Assembly: GCA_963674785.1 (NCBI GenBank)
Contig: OY771555.1
Span: 512,001 to 576,000, forward strand
Length of the DNA stretch: 64,000 nucleotides
From: Caldisericia bacterium
Lineage (GTDB): Bacteria; Caldisericota; Caldisericia; JAAYUI01
Reading direction: 5' to 3'
Both the position numbers and the translations under genes were made by a program. Shown here piece after piece: positions 30,494-40,628 of the stretch (within the stretch, counting starts at the first letter, position 1; the number at the start of each line of letters is the position of its first letter). A model generated the notes under the pieces. It did no database searches, was not told where the DNA came from, and saw only the letters and a list, made by a program, of their open reading frames with translations.

Positions 30494-30889
30494 ATGGAAC
30501 ATAAAGCAGAATACGATCCAATAAAAAATATCCAATTCTTTGAGTTTATTGGGACACCGAGAGACTCAAATGATATTGATTTTCTAGTCAAAAAAAACAT
30601 CGAGGCACTCGAAAAACTAACATCAAGGGTTTGGCTTGTCACAAACTTAGGAAGTATGTCAGCCGCAAGCCCCCCATTACTTGCTGAGTTTGGTCAAAAA
30701 AGCGTGCCTATGGTTGAGAAATATGGAATAGAAGAATTTGTTCACACACACAAAAGCATCCAGAGACTTATGATTCAGATATACAACAATATCTCTGGTT
30801 CAAAAGTCAAGGTATTCAAATCAAAAGAAGAGGCGATAGAATACATACTTGAACGACAAAAAACTGTCGGAGTGATGCTCCCATTCTGA
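30494..30889 (+). CDS. Hypothetical protein (STAS/SpoIIAA-like), paralog 2
   Basis: AAGGAG SD; VFKSKEEAIEYILERQKTVG mirrors paralog 1. Confidence 0.65.
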   Translation: MEHKAEYDPIKNIQFFEFIGTPRDSNDIDFLVKKNIEALEKLTSRVWLVTNLGSMSAASPPLLAEFGQKSVPMVEKYGIEEFVHTHKSIQRLMIQIYNNISGSKVKVFKSKEEAIEYILERQKTVGVMLPF

Positions 30890-31058
30890 TTCCGTATAAC
30901 ATTTAAAATACACAAAACAGCAAAAGAAACTTTGATTCAGAAGATTCTAGTTTCAATGTTTTGAGCTTAAACCAATACTCATTCTCGGAAATTCGTGATT
31001 CGATAGAGGTGGGTGTTTTACGTTTGATAACTTATAAATAACAGCTATAATAGCTTGT

Positions 31059-31796
31059 ATGTTGATGGCAGACAAAAGCAGGTGGGGAATTGAGGTTGGT
31101 ATGGGTAGATACCTTAAACCCGACATGTTTTGTGACTCTAACGCAAAAAATATAAGCAGAATAGTCTCATCATTGGTTGACAAGGACAGACCGTTTACAG
31201 AGGCTGTAAAAATCATATACCACTTTGTAAAAAATAATATCTGGTTCTGTGGACCCCCTGGCACATTAATCCCTTCATCTAAAACACTTTCTGCAGGCAA
31301 GGGTTGTGCAAACAGCAAATCGGCTCTGCTCGTCTCCATGTTTAGAAGTCTAGGAATACCCGCATATTTTCAGGCATTCCTTATAAGCGGGACTGTCTTT
31401 TCAGAATACATCCCCAGTTATCTAAAAAACTATAAGGAAAAATACTATCTTCATCTAAGACCACTCGTTCGAATAAAAAAGAAATGGATTAGTGTTGAGG
31501 GTGTAATCCCTGATGATAAGTTTCTTGAAACAATAATGAAAAAGCGTTCACTCTCCCACCCAGCAAAAGGAATTGGAATATCTTCCCAGCATTCACTTAG
31601 TAAACTGAAGGCAATTCTTGATTCGTGGGATGGAGAGTCCGAAACTTTCTGTATGGATAGTTCTGTAACAACTTCGCTAGGTGAGGTTATCGATGTTTCA
31701 AATCTATACCTGAAATACAGAAAAAACAGCATTGTAAGTAGAATCGTAAGCTCTATGATAGAGAAGAAAATGGAAGCTATCAGAACAAGCTTATGA
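31059..31796 (+). CDS. Transglutaminase-like domain protein
   Basis: IYHFVKNNI, G.GCANSKSALLVSMFRSLGIPA, H..P.V....KW..VE; start 31059 or 31101. Confidence 0.78.
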   Translation: MLMADKSRWGIEVGMGRYLKPDMFCDSNAKNISRIVSSLVDKDRPFTEAVKIIYHFVKNNIWFCGPPGTLIPSSKTLSAGKGCANSKSALLVSMFRSLGIPAYFQAFLISGTVFSEYIPSYLKNYKEKYYLHLRPLVRIKKKWISVEGVIPDDKFLETIMKKRSLSHPAKGIGISSQHSLSKLKAILDSWDGESETFCMDSSVTTSLGEVIDVSNLYLKYRKNSIVSRIVSSMIEKKMEAIRTSL

Positions 31797-32692
31797 AAAA
31801 CAAAGACAATCCAACAAAACCTGAAGGATACAGGTCGGCAACGGCGGTATCAAGCATCTCAGTTCTCCCTTGGGAGGTTTGGTCTCTGCTTACAGACCCA
31901 AGTAAACTTTCCGCCATAACAGGCTCTCTTGTAAATATCCCAGTCGATATGGGGGCTGAGGGATTCATTAGATTCAAAAACAACGACACTCAGACCGAGT
32001 GGAAGATAAAAACCGAGACAGTCAAAGAAAACGAATTTCTCGATCTGAAAGTTGAAAAAACTGATTGGAGTAACGTTGAAGCTGACCCGAGAATAGAGAT
32101 TGAGATTTCAGATAAACTCATAATCACATTGTCAGGCTTTGGGCTTACAAGCATGCACGATGCCACATTTTTCAATGCCTGCAATTGGCTCTGGGTTTTC
32201 ATGCACAGAATAACCGAAAACCTTGGTGGTGACCCAGAAAAATGTCTCGAGCTTCACACAGAGATAGTCTGCTCAAAAGAGATTGAAGGTTCACCGGAAG
32301 TAATCAGGGATTTGATTTTGACCCCAGAAAAAGCTGTCACATGGCTAGCAGAAGAGGTCAGCATTGAGACACGTGAGGGTGGAAAGTTTCGGCTCAGATG
32401 GGAACGAAACTGGGGAGAGTTTGCCCTCAGGGGAACACTAACCAGATTTGGAGCCGATGAACTCTTCATCAACATCAAAGAGAATCCATTTGATAACAAG
32501 AAGAACATGACCATCAGGTTTGGAATCATACAAACAAACGAAGCAAATACTGAGCTTGAGATCTCGGTTACTGGCATCCCCTTTGATGCGAATTCAACCT
32601 TTGCAATCCTGCTTGTTTCAGACCTTCTGCTCCAAGCCCTTCTGAGTATTTCGATTGTTGGAGCTGAGATAAAGAAAAATACTGAACATTAG
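31793..32692 (+). CDS. Tandem SRPBCC/AHSA1-like domain protein
   Basis: P.EVWSLLTDP and SPEVIRDLILTPE..TW...EGGKFRL.W. Confidence 0.65.
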   Translation: MKNKDNPTKPEGYRSATAVSSISVLPWEVWSLLTDPSKLSAITGSLVNIPVDMGAEGFIRFKNNDTQTEWKIKTETVKENEFLDLKVEKTDWSNVEADPRIEIEISDKLIITLSGFGLTSMHDATFFNACNWLWVFMHRITENLGGDPEKCLELHTEIVCSKEIEGSPEVIRDLILTPEKAVTWLAEEVSIETREGGKFRLRWERNWGEFALRGTLTRFGADELFINIKENPFDNKKNMTIRFGIIQTNEANTELEISVTGIPFDANSTFAILLVSDLLLQALLSISIVGAEIKKNTEH

Positions 32693-32801
32693 CAAGATGT
32701 GATATTTTCTCTTCTTGACTTGACATTTTGATATTCATTGCTAAAATTTCTTTTATTAAAGAGAAAAGTTCTCATGAATAAAAATGCAAGGATGTGGAGA
32801 G

Positions 32802-34103
32802 ATGTTGATAAATTTCACTGTTAAAAACTGGAAATCTTTTAAAAATGTAACTTCTCTTTCAATGATCAAAACACGGGAGCAGCAGCACAAAAATCGAATT
32901 CCTGAGTCAAAAAACGCAGGTTTAAAGATTTTACCAGCAGCAGCAATTTATGGTGCAAATGCTTCCGGAAAATCGAATCTTTTCGAGGCAATAAGGTTCT
33001 CGAGAAAACATATTATTGATGGGGTGGGTGTGGATGAAGAAATAGAGAACAATCCTTTCAAACTCGATAATAAAATGAAAGCTAGCCCAACAGAATTCGA
33101 GTATAACGTTCTTATTAACGAGAGACATATTAAATATTTCTTTGCGCTCAATTCAAAAGAAGTTGTTGAAGAGAAATTATCTGAATTCAATTCATCGGGA
33201 ACGGAAATAGTTTTTTTTCATCGATCAAAACTAAACCAGGGAATTCTTGTTAATGATAAATTTGAAGATAAAAAAGCTTTGGAAAATACATTCGATAGAA
33301 CAAGGCCACAGATTCTCTTCTTAACAAGAACTATTGAGGATAATTTCAATGAATTCAGATTTTTATATGACTGGTTCAGATACAATCTTTCTATCATATC
33401 AGATGATCAAAAATTCAATTTCAAAAGGCTAGAGGATAAAAAATCAAAATCCTTGTTAGAAAAAGTTGGGAAGATACTAAAATTAGCTGATACAGGAATA
33501 TCAAGTATTGAAATAGTAGAGAAGGATTTGCCAGAGAATCTTGTTGACGATCTAAAAGAAAACTTTAAGAATAGGATCTGGCTTGATCGAATTTTGAATG
33601 ACTTCCGAAAAGATATTGTAATATATCACACGGATGGTCGAGGTTCTAATATTGGATTTTTTGAAAATGAGGAATCAAAAGGCACAATCAGACTAATGCA
33701 TTTGTTACCATCAATTCTCAATCTTCAGGAACTAGAAATCTCTACTGGCAAAACAACAATTATTGATGAGATCGATACAAGTCTTCACTCACTCTTAGTA
33801 AAAAAACTCATTGAAACATTCTTTGAAAGCAGCGGTGCTGATTCAAGAAACCAGTTAATTTTTACTTCCCACGACAGCTCTCTGCTTGACCAAGATTTGT
33901 TCAGAAGAGATGAAATGTGGTTTACGAAGAAGAATGAGTTTGGAGAATCTGAACTATATTCATTAGCTGAGTATGAAGGCGTTAGATATGACATGGATAT
34001 TAGAAGGAATTACCTAATCGGGAGGTTTGATGGGATTCCAAAGTTTGGTGACATATCAGGTGAAATTGAAAAAATGAAGGAAGAGACGTTGTTCAACCAA
34101 TAA
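32802..34103 (+). CDS. AAA_21 ABC-type ATPase, RloA-like
   Basis: VKNWKSF, YGANASGKSN, ESKGT.RL, IDEIDTSLH, QLIFTSHD, FRRDE.WF, YLIGRFDGIP. Confidence 0.88.
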   Translation: MLINFTVKNWKSFKNVTSLSMIKTREQQHKNRIPESKNAGLKILPAAAIYGANASGKSNLFEAIRFSRKHIIDGVGVDEEIENNPFKLDNKMKASPTEFEYNVLINERHIKYFFALNSKEVVEEKLSEFNSSGTEIVFFHRSKLNQGILVNDKFEDKKALENTFDRTRPQILFLTRTIEDNFNEFRFLYDWFRYNLSIISDDQKFNFKRLEDKKSKSLLEKVGKILKLADTGISSIEIVEKDLPENLVDDLKENFKNRIWLDRILNDFRKDIVIYHTDGRGSNIGFFENEESKGTIRLMHLLPSILNLQELEISTGKTTIIDEIDTSLHSLLVKKLIETFFESSGADSRNQLIFTSHDSSLLDQDLFRRDEMWFTKKNEFGESELYSLAEYEGVRYDMDIRRNYLIGRFDGIPKFGDISGEIEKMKEETLFNQ

Positions 34104-34738
34104 TGAATGAATCTCTAAAAAGAAAGACAAAAACCCGGAAGCTTAAAAAGGTTTTTGTAATTGCGACCGAGGGTGAAAAAACTGAAAAGTGCTATTTTGA
34201 GCATGTTCAATCAATAATCCCTTCAAACAATCCAGACATAATTATTGATGTAAAGCCTTCACCAAACGGGTTATCGGCTCCAAATCATGTTCTTGAAAGA
34301 ATACAAAAATTTCTTACAGATCAAGAAAACAAGACTCTGACAAAAGGAGATGAAGCTTGGATTGTTATTGATAGAGACAAATGGAGAGATGATCAAATCA
34401 AACCATGCTATGATTGGTCAAAACTGAGCAAGGAATATGGATTTGCCCTTAGTAATCCCTTGTTTGAATTCTGGCTACTTTTACATTTCTTTTTGCTTGA
34501 CTATACAAACCCAACAAGTGATGGAGTTCTGCAGGAACTCAAGAAACATATTCCTGGATATAACAAAAATCTTAAGAGATGTTGCTTAGTCAGTCTTTCA
34601 AAAGAGAGAATTCAGATTGCTATTGATAACGCTAAAAAACTAGACACTCCACCCTGTAAAGATTGGCCAAAGAAACCTGGTTCAACCATCTACCACCTTG
34701 TAGAAAATATTTTGAATTCTGCACAAATCACCGAATAA
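34103..34738 (+). CDS. RloB family (TOPRIM-like) protein
   Basis: IATEGEKTEKCYF, WIVIDRD, SNPLFEFWLLLHF; TAATG coupling. Confidence 0.88.
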   Translation: MNESLKRKTKTRKLKKVFVIATEGEKTEKCYFEHVQSIIPSNNPDIIIDVKPSPNGLSAPNHVLERIQKFLTDQENKTLTKGDEAWIVIDRDKWRDDQIKPCYDWSKLSKEYGFALSNPLFEFWLLLHFFLLDYTNPTSDGVLQELKKHIPGYNKNLKRCCLVSLSKERIQIAIDNAKKLDTPPCKDWPKKPGSTIYHLVENILNSAQITE

Positions 34739-34883
34739 ATAAGAGCTCATCAGACTAATAAATACATATAAACAAGTAAACCCGATTAATTCAACATTTT
34801 TAACAATTATTTCTGCAAATCCAGACTTGACAAAACTTGGATTTTGAGTAAAATTATGAAATCTCGTATATAAAGGATAACAA

Positions 34884-36257
34884 ATGAAAATAGATGTAAA
34901 AGAGTATCTAACTGGGAAATCCTGCGATTATATCGAAATCAGACTTGAAGACTCAATCAGGACTGAGATTCAAATTGCGGGAAAAGACATTGAAAAATCG
35001 ATCACAAAAAGAGAATATGGGGGAAATGTCAGAGCCTGCCACAATGGGGGGTGGAGTTTTGTTTCCTTTAATTCACTTGATGATCTTGAAAATCGTGTGA
35101 ATCTTGCCATCACACAAGCAAAAGAAATTGGCAACCGTTTGGGTGGAAAAACTCAGTTGGCACCAGCTGAGGCAATTGTTGATGATGTGCTGCTTGAGGC
35201 AAAAACCGATCTCAGAGAAATCAACATGAAAAAAAAGATGGACACATTACTCGGATACAACGACATCCTTCTTTCAATCTCACCAGAGATCAAAACTACA
35301 TCAGTCACATATCGCGACGCATACACAGAACTTCTGTTTGCAAACTCCGAAGGCACAAAAATCACACAGCAAAAAATGGACATGGGTTGTAATCTATACG
35401 CTATCGCAAACAAAGACGGTCAGACCAAGTATGGCGGAACATCAGTTGGTTCTTCAAATGACTGGGCAGATCTGCTTGGACTCGAAGAAAAGTTGAAAGA
35501 AAGAGGAGAACTTGCAGTAAAACTCCTCACTGCCCCACTTCCAAAGAGTGGAAAATACACAGTCATCCTTGACCCAAATCTTGCTGGAACATTTATCCAT
35601 GAAGCATTTGGTCATCTTTCGGAGGGTGATAATGTTTATGAAAACCCAGAACTCGCTAAAGTCATGACAATGGGTAGACAGTTTGGAAGACCACTACTCA
35701 ATGTTTACGACACAGGTCGTGACGAAGGTGTAAGAGGATACCTCAAGTATGATGATGAGGGAGTGCCAACCGAAAAAACATGGCTCATCCGTGAAGGAAA
35801 GCTTTCCGGAAGACTTCACAGCAGAGAAACTGCAGGCAAGATGGGTGAGCGAGCAACCGGTTCAGCTCGAGCAATCAATTACAAACATCCACCAATCCCA
35901 CGTATGAGAAACACATGTATCCAGAAGGGTGATACCAAACTTGACGACATGATTGCAGATATCAAAGATGGAATCCTTTGCATGAGTGTCTTTGGTGGTC
36001 AGACAAACGGTGAGATGTTCACATTCAAATCCGGATATGCTTATAGAATCAAGGACGGCAAAAAGACAGAGCTTCTCTCTGGCCCAATGCTTCAGGGTAA
36101 CGTCTTTGATACACTTGGCAATATCACAGCAATCGGTGATGACTACATCGATCCAGATTCGGCAGGCGGATGCGGAAAAGGTGGACAGATGCCACTTCCA
36201 ACAACACACGGCTCACCATCCATCACCATCCAAGACGTGATTGTTTCAGGAGACTAG
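34884..36257 (+). CDS. tldD: TldD metalloprotease
   Basis: HEAFGH, YDDEG, PRMRNT, GCGKGGQ. Confidence 0.92.
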   Translation: MKIDVKEYLTGKSCDYIEIRLEDSIRTEIQIAGKDIEKSITKREYGGNVRACHNGGWSFVSFNSLDDLENRVNLAITQAKEIGNRLGGKTQLAPAEAIVDDVLLEAKTDLREINMKKKMDTLLGYNDILLSISPEIKTTSVTYRDAYTELLFANSEGTKITQQKMDMGCNLYAIANKDGQTKYGGTSVGSSNDWADLLGLEEKLKERGELAVKLLTAPLPKSGKYTVILDPNLAGTFIHEAFGHLSEGDNVYENPELAKVMTMGRQFGRPLLNVYDTGRDEGVRGYLKYDDEGVPTEKTWLIREGKLSGRLHSRETAGKMGERATGSARAINYKHPPIPRMRNTCIQKGDTKLDDMIADIKDGILCMSVFGGQTNGEMFTFKSGYAYRIKDGKKTELLSGPMLQGNVFDTLGNITAIGDDYIDPDSAGGCGKGGQMPLPTTHGSPSITIQDVIVSGD

Positions 36258-36268
36258 GAGGAAATATC

Positions 36269-37612
36269 ATGATAGATAAAATAAAAGAACTCGCTTCAAA
36301 GAAATTTGACAGCTTCGAGATTGTCGAAATAAAAACTGAGTCAACTCCTGTCTCATACTCAGCAGGAAAACTTAAATCCGTCAACGCAACAGAAAAACAT
36401 GGTTTTGCGCTCCGTGCGATAAAAGACGGAAAAATCGCATTTTCATCAACAACAAAACCTGAGGATGCTGAAGGCTTAGTGAATCAGACACTGGCTGCAA
36501 TTCCATACTCCCCAAAAGCAGAGATTGAATTTGCAGGCGAAACAGGCGCACTTCCAAACCCCTCAATCGAAGACGACAAAATCAAAAAACTTGGAACCGA
36601 GGAGATGATTGAGATGGGTGGAATACTTGTCGAAAAACTCAAGCCTCTTCACGAAAAAGGTAAGATTGGTGGTGGAGTTTCAAAAGACAGCTCGACCATG
36701 AGAATCGTCACAAGTAATGGATTTGACAAGACTTACAGCAAAGATGAGATGGGAATGGGTGCAGCAATTGGTGTTGTTGATGGCGAGAACATGCTCTCCT
36801 GCTGGAATTCAATTGATGGTACAACATACAATGACGACACCAACAGCATCATCAAAAGAGTATCGACATTCTTCAACTGGGGAATGAAAAATGTTCCAGT
36901 GAAGTCTGGAAAATACAAAGTTCTCTTCACCCCAAATGCCGTTGGCGACATCATCGGAATCCTTAAGGCAAGCTGGATGGGAACAACAGTTTACAAAAAA
37001 GTCAGCCCATGGAAGGATAAAGTAGGACAAAAAATCGCAGACGAGAAACTTACGATATATGATGACGGCACAATCGATGGACTCGGTGTTTCATCACCAT
37101 TTGACTGCGAAGGAATCCCCTCTCAGAAAACTGCAATCATTGAAAAGGGTGTTTTGAAAGGTTTCATTGCCGACAAAGTTACAGCAAAAAGGCTTGGTAT
37201 CGATCCAACCGGAAACGGCTTCAAACGCGGTGGTGGATTTGATTCATCAAACAATATCGATGCAACCCCAATAACTGCATCATCAAACAATGTCATCTTG
37301 CCTGGAACAAAAAAATCAGACGATATTTTGGCAGGAATGGATGAAGGAATCCTTGTTGATTCACTTCTTGGCACCATGATGGGCAACGCACTTTCAGGGA
37401 TGCTCTCCGGTAATATCGGTCTCGGTTTCCATGTGAAAGATGGAAAGGTTCTCGGTCGTGTCAAAGACGCAATGCTTACCTTCAATCTCTTTGCAGCTAT
37501 TCAGGATTCAATTCTTGAGATAAGCTCAGATGTTGAAAACATCACAAGCTGGGCTGGCAACTGCCTCAATCCATGGATGCTCTTTGATAACGGTGTGCTT
37601 GCCACAAAGTAA
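36269..37612 (+). CDS. pmbA: TldE/PmbA family protein
   Basis: PFDCEG, STGNG-like PTGNG, lacks HExxxH; follows tldD; GGAGG SD before ATG 36269. Confidence 0.88.
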   Translation: MIDKIKELASKKFDSFEIVEIKTESTPVSYSAGKLKSVNATEKHGFALRAIKDGKIAFSSTTKPEDAEGLVNQTLAAIPYSPKAEIEFAGETGALPNPSIEDDKIKKLGTEEMIEMGGILVEKLKPLHEKGKIGGGVSKDSSTMRIVTSNGFDKTYSKDEMGMGAAIGVVDGENMLSCWNSIDGTTYNDDTNSIIKRVSTFFNWGMKNVPVKSGKYKVLFTPNAVGDIIGILKASWMGTTVYKKVSPWKDKVGQKIADEKLTIYDDGTIDGLGVSSPFDCEGIPSQKTAIIEKGVLKGFIADKVTAKRLGIDPTGNGFKRGGGFDSSNNIDATPITASSNNVILPGTKKSDDILAGMDEGILVDSLLGTMMGNALSGMLSGNIGLGFHVKDGKVLGRVKDAMLTFNLFAAIQDSILEISSDVENITSWAGNCLNPWMLFDNGVLATK

Positions 37613-37644
37613 GTAGTTTGTGATTTCTTAGATATGATATTTTC

Positions 37645-37680
37645 AAAATAGCGACCTGGTTCAGGCTGGGTCGCTATTTT
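37645..37680. terminator. Bidirectional intrinsic terminator between convergent genes
   Basis: AAAATAGCGACC...GGTCGCTATTTT, overlapping the ATPase stop codon. Confidence 0.8.
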
Positions 37681-39142
37681 TATTGATATCCATCTGTTTT
37701 GCAAATTCCCCAGCTTCCATTAATCCTATTGTGATCATCCCTTGAGCAAGTATTTCAACTGCAGCAGGAATAAAATGTGTCATCACACTCTGTATAAAAT
37801 CAACTTTGTTTGTTGTTTTTGTAGTGACCTTTGCGAATAGTAGATTATGTTTATGAGCGAATTTTATAAGATTTTCAATGTCTTCATAATGAGTTGCAAC
37901 TCTATCAGACCATTTAATCTCAGTTGCACTACTCACTTTAAAATCATAATCCCTGGTAACAATATCTATTTCTTTATTCCCATCACGCATATAATAAACT
38001 TGTTTTTTTGGATTATGAAAGTGTTGAGCAAAAAGGGCTGTTTCGATCATATTTGACATAAATGGATCATTTTCAGTAATTGGTTTATATTTGGCGGTTC
38101 TTACAGCTGAATTCGTAAGATATATCTTAAAATTGCTACGTCTCTGATAGTTTTTTGCGTCAAGATTTACCTTATCTACAATTTTTATTAAAAATGCAGC
38201 TTCAAGATACTCCAAATATTTCTTCACTTGTTGCTTGTCGATTTTTGTATCTTGTGATAGATTTTCATACGAAGTCTGCTCACCGGTTCTTATTGCAAGA
38301 CGTGTAAAAAAGCTATCAAGCTCAAGTGGATTTGATATTCCATAGATACTTGGAAGGTCTTTCATTAAAACCTTATCAACAGCATCTTGAAGAACCAATT
38401 TTATATCAGTCTCATTATCCTTGTCAATTGATATTGTTTGTGGAAAACCACCATAATTAATATAATCAACTAGGTGCTTGTTATAGTTTTTTTTGTGGTA
38501 TTTTTCTGGAAGCTGAACAAGTGCATTTTTACCTAGACTGGGGACAACCTTGAAAGGTTCAACCTCACCAATTAATAACAAATATTCATAAAATGAAAGG
38601 GGCGGAAGAAGAAAGTCTCTAAATCTCCCGGCACCAGATTCCTCACTTTTTCTTTTGAGAGCAGCAGCGGCAGAGCCTGATGCGACAATCTTCAACTTTG
38701 GATAATTGTCAACAAGCACCTTTATAAATCGTTCCCAATCTTTTAGGTACTGAATCTCGTCAAAAAAAGCAAATACTTTTTCTTTTCTATAATCAATCCC
38801 TGTAACTTCTTTATAATATTCAAGAATAACATCTGGAGGCAAAAAGCTTAAATAAGGATTATCATGTGATGCGTAGAGAATATTTTTGGGATTAACCCCA
38901 TCATCAATCAGCTTTTGAATGGTATGATTAATCAACCATGTTTTGCCGACCCTTCTTGGCCCCATAAGTATTACTGCAAAATTATTATTTTTTATATCTG
39001 ATACAACATGTGGGTAAAACAAGTTCAGATAAGGTCTCGGCTCCACATCAAGCATTCTATTTTGAATTCTGTACGGAGCTCTCCACCATGGATTTATTTC
39101 TGACAACTGAAATAGAATATATTCTTTCTCATCGATAACCAT
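37661..39142 (-). CDS. AAA_14 ATPase with DUF4143-like C-terminus
   Basis: NPWW, GPRRVGKT, FFDEIQ, SGS, GR, YGGFP, EIDIV..EIKW. Confidence 0.88.
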   Translation of the reverse strand: MVIDEKEYILFQLSEINPWWRAPYRIQNRMLDVEPRPYLNLFYPHVVSDIKNNNFAVILMGPRRVGKTWLINHTIQKLIDDGVNPKNILYASHDNPYLSFLPPDVILEYYKEVTGIDYRKEKVFAFFDEIQYLKDWERFIKVLVDNYPKLKIVASGSAAAALKRKSEESGAGRFRDFLLPPLSFYEYLLLIGEVEPFKVVPSLGKNALVQLPEKYHKKNYNKHLVDYINYGGFPQTISIDKDNETDIKLVLQDAVDKVLMKDLPSIYGISNPLELDSFFTRLAIRTGEQTSYENLSQDTKIDKQQVKKYLEYLEAAFLIKIVDKVNLDAKNYQRRSNFKIYLTNSAVRTAKYKPITENDPFMSNMIETALFAQHFHNPKKQVYYMRDGNKEIDIVTRDYDFKVSSATEIKWSDRVATHYEDIENLIKFAHKHNLLFAKVTTKTTNKVDFIQSVMTHFIPAAVEILAQGMITIGLMEAGEFAKQMDINKNSDPA

Positions 39143-39264
39143 AGAACTCCTTTCAACATATTGAATACTACTATTATATTAAGAATCAGATTAGAGTCAA
39201 TATGAACTATCTAATAGCACATTTTTCTATTAGATATATAGTAGTAAATCTATAATAAAGTCTA

Positions 39265-39296
39265 TAAAAAACCCAGATTTCTCCGGGTTTTTTTTG
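39265..39296 (-). terminator. Probable intrinsic terminator
   Basis: AAAAAACCC...GGGTTTTTT downstream of the gene ending at 39333. Confidence 0.6.
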
Positions 39297-39332
39297 GTCA
39301 TACTAGATAGTAAAAAATGTCAGTGCGTTTGA

Positions 39333-40493
39333 CTACTTTACCTCACTGACAAAAACGTCGCTTTTGAATCCGTTTGGTGTCCATGACTTTTCGTACCAGG
39401 CAACAGTCTTATCATGAATCATGAGACCCAATGGGTAGGTATTTTGATCGGCAATTCCCTTGACCATTGTCTCCTGACCGGTTTCAAGATTTCTTTTCAT
39501 GATGAACTTGAAGGAATTGACAAGTTTGACATAAACAAGGTTTTTGCCATATGTGCAATTGTCAGTAATCTTTGTGCCGCGTGCAATTGTTATAATCTCT
39601 TTTGGAGCTTTTTCACCTGGCATGTAAGAGTAAAGCTTGCTTCCACCAGTTCCCCATGCTTCAAAGAGGAGATAATCAGAATCGGGGTTTGAGATAAGTG
39701 GATAAACCTCAGAAGTACTTGCTTCCTTGATAATCTTTTTTACAAATCCATCAAGACTCAATGAACAAATATTTGAAAGTCCATCAACATAGAAGATATA
39801 CTCAGAATTCATTACAACATTTGAGTTTGTCTCGTGTGCGTCACTGCAAGCGACAGAAACAGAACCCTGGTTCAAATCATAATATTTGATCTGACTTGCG
39901 TTTGTCCAGACAGCTTTACCATGGAAGAACTGAAGGTTTGCAAATCCATTCTGACCATCATCTGCCTCAAGAAGTTTTGTCGAGCCGACATCTGTCAAAT
40001 CACAAAAGTATAGACCAGAAGTATTTCCGCTACCTTCAAAAAACTGTGTGAAGACAGCGTAGTTTTTCCAGACACAAACATCAAAACAATCCAGTGCGGC
40101 GGGATCACTCACAAGGAATTCATCTCCACCAGATGTTTCACAAGCATAAATCTGTCTAAAGGAATTTCCACCATTGCTGATGCTTCTCTCATCAAACCAG
40201 AGAACAAACTCATCGCTCATCCAGTTGCAGTTGAGATATGTCGCGTTTACACTTCCTTCAGAATTGAGGGTTACTTTTTCCTCTGTTTTCCTATCCATTG
40301 AGATTATCTTGCTATTTCCACCGTTTGTTCTCCAAATAGCATAGCTATCTGTCAAAACTGGGAAATATGAGCTGTCGATTGAATTTGATAACTGGGAAAT
40401 TGCAGTCTCAGCGGGAACCTGACTGCTTGCATAAACGGGTGTAAAAACTGAGACAACCATCAAAAACACTATAGCAAATCTAAGGAGTTTCAT
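39333..40493 (-). CDS. Secreted beta-propeller-like protein
   Basis: Signal peptide ..VYA; repeated (V/A)VW..D and IY..DL..G patterns. Confidence 0.65.
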   Translation of the reverse strand: MKLLRFAIVFLMVVSVFTPVYASSQVPAETAISQLSNSIDSSYFPVLTDSYAIWRTNGGNSKIISMDRKTEEKVTLNSEGSVNATYLNCNWMSDEFVLWFDERSISNGGNSFRQIYACETSGGDEFLVSDPAALDCFDVCVWKNYAVFTQFFEGSGNTSGLYFCDLTDVGSTKLLEADDGQNGFANLQFFHGKAVWTNASQIKYYDLNQGSVSVACSDAHETNSNVVMNSEYIFYVDGLSNICSLSLDGFVKKIIKEASTSEVYPLISNPDSDYLLFEAWGTGGSKLYSYMPGEKAPKEIITIARGTKITDNCTYGKNLVYVKLVNSFKFIMKRNLETGQETMVKGIADQNTYPLGLMIHDKTVAWYEKSWTPNGFKSDVFVSEVK

Positions 40494-40593
40494 ATTTTTC
40501 AACCCCTCCTTTGTTTCTAATTTTTTCATGAACCACATTTGCTAAGTGATGTTATAGGAAAAACCTGATTATTCAAGTATGATTTTAGGTTTT

Positions 40594-40619
40594 GGAGTGG
40601 AGAAATCCTCTCCACTCCG
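40594..40619 (-). terminator. Hairpin after the ABC operon
   Basis: GGAGTGGAG-AAATCCT-CTCCACTCC. Confidence 0.65.
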
Positions 40620-40628
40620 TTATGTAAG

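Noticed and set aside
29215-37612. Microcin-B17-like RiPP cluster (Gly/Ser/Cys-rich peptide plus TldD/E)
   Set aside because: No YcaO or dehydrogenase genes; the peptide has a Sec-pathway signal and a folded domain; tldDE is 5 kb away and housekeeping
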